Origin: Eledone cirrhosa
Lineage: Eukaryota
Length of the DNA: 64,000 bases
Reading direction: 5' to 3'
Assembly: GCA_964016885.1 (NCBI GenBank)
Contig: OZ024745.1
Coordinates: forward strand, 88,784,001 to 88,848,000
The notes under the pieces are model-generated. The model was not told where the DNA came from and made no database searches. It saw only the letters and a program-made list of their open reading frames with translations. The stretch's first letter is position 1. Every line of letters starts with the position of its first letter. This document shows positions 63,311-64,000 of this stretch, piece after piece. Made by a program: the position numbers and the translations under genes.

Positions 63311-64000
63311 TTTCTTTATTAACCACAAGGGTTTACATAAAGTAGACATTAAGGACAGTGCAGGACAATGCAGGACGGTACAAATGGGCATTTCTGCGTG
63401 TAAAAAACAAAAACAGAGGATGTAACAAAAATAACAATGAAAATAACAATGAAAAATTCCCCAATAGGGGGGAGACTTCGGAGGGACATTTGTGGAGAAA
63501 GCCCAGTAAAAAGCCACAATGACCCTGACCACCAAGGCAAGTGCCCTCTCCCAGTTTTCCACCTTTAATTTACAGATATATACTCAGAGTAGGCCCATTC
63601 ACTCGGGCCATTCTTGCTTCTCTCACCCATCTTTCAACAAAATGCTGGGAAGAGAGCACTTCCCTCTCTACTCTGATTTTCCTTTTCAAATGAAATTTGA
63701 AAAAGTCAATCAGAGCATCACCGAAGAGGTAAGTGCTCGTCTTCAGCCCTTTCAAACGTGTCCACCATACTATCTCTTTCGCCATGGCCACCAGACAGAT
63801 AAAAACTGCCTGCCCTTCCCGGCTAAAGGAGGAAGGCGGGGCAATCCTCACGATGGACTCAGATGATAGCCGGATCCGTCCTAAACGCGACAGCAGGTGT
63901 TCGACATAAACCCACAAGTCAGCAATTTTCGGACACTGGACGAGTGCGTGCAGGACGGTTTCGTCGCCCTGCGTGCATCTCGGACATGCCCGGCTGACGG
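63308..64000 (-). mobile_element. 3' end of a further Tx1 copy D, running off the window
   Basis: Near-identical to 28648-29340; head-to-tail with copy C through (AAT)n. Confidence 0.95.

Overview
Eukaryotic, repeat-saturated DNA with no recognisable host gene. The two tRNA-derived SINE families look like octopus SINEs, so the source is probably a cephalopod (inference). Two layers are visible. (1) A non-LTR retrotransposon cluster built on (AAT)n microsatellites. L1-clade Tx1-type elements (ORF1 with a CCHC knuckle; ORF2 APE-RT) always read (TTA)n on their sense strand, while R4/Dong-type RT-RLE elements always read (AAT)n, so the two are stacked antiparallel. One Tx1 ORF2 is intact (28911-32330). 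(2) An AT-rich interval of about 17 kb (5.6-22.5 kb) with SINEs, MITE-like foldbacks, decayed RTE LINEs and a Penelope-like GIY-YIG fragment. The most notable content of this interval is a dense set of type I hammerhead ribozyme (HHR) motifs. Two arrays (2 and 4 copies) of a highly structured, non-coding 425-436 bp repeat carry one HHR per unit with a palindromic helix III, which is the architecture of a non-LTR retrozyme or circRNA-producing element. At least three other HHR families lie nearby, several with a non-canonical first pair of helix II. All folds were derived by eye and none has been computed or assayed.
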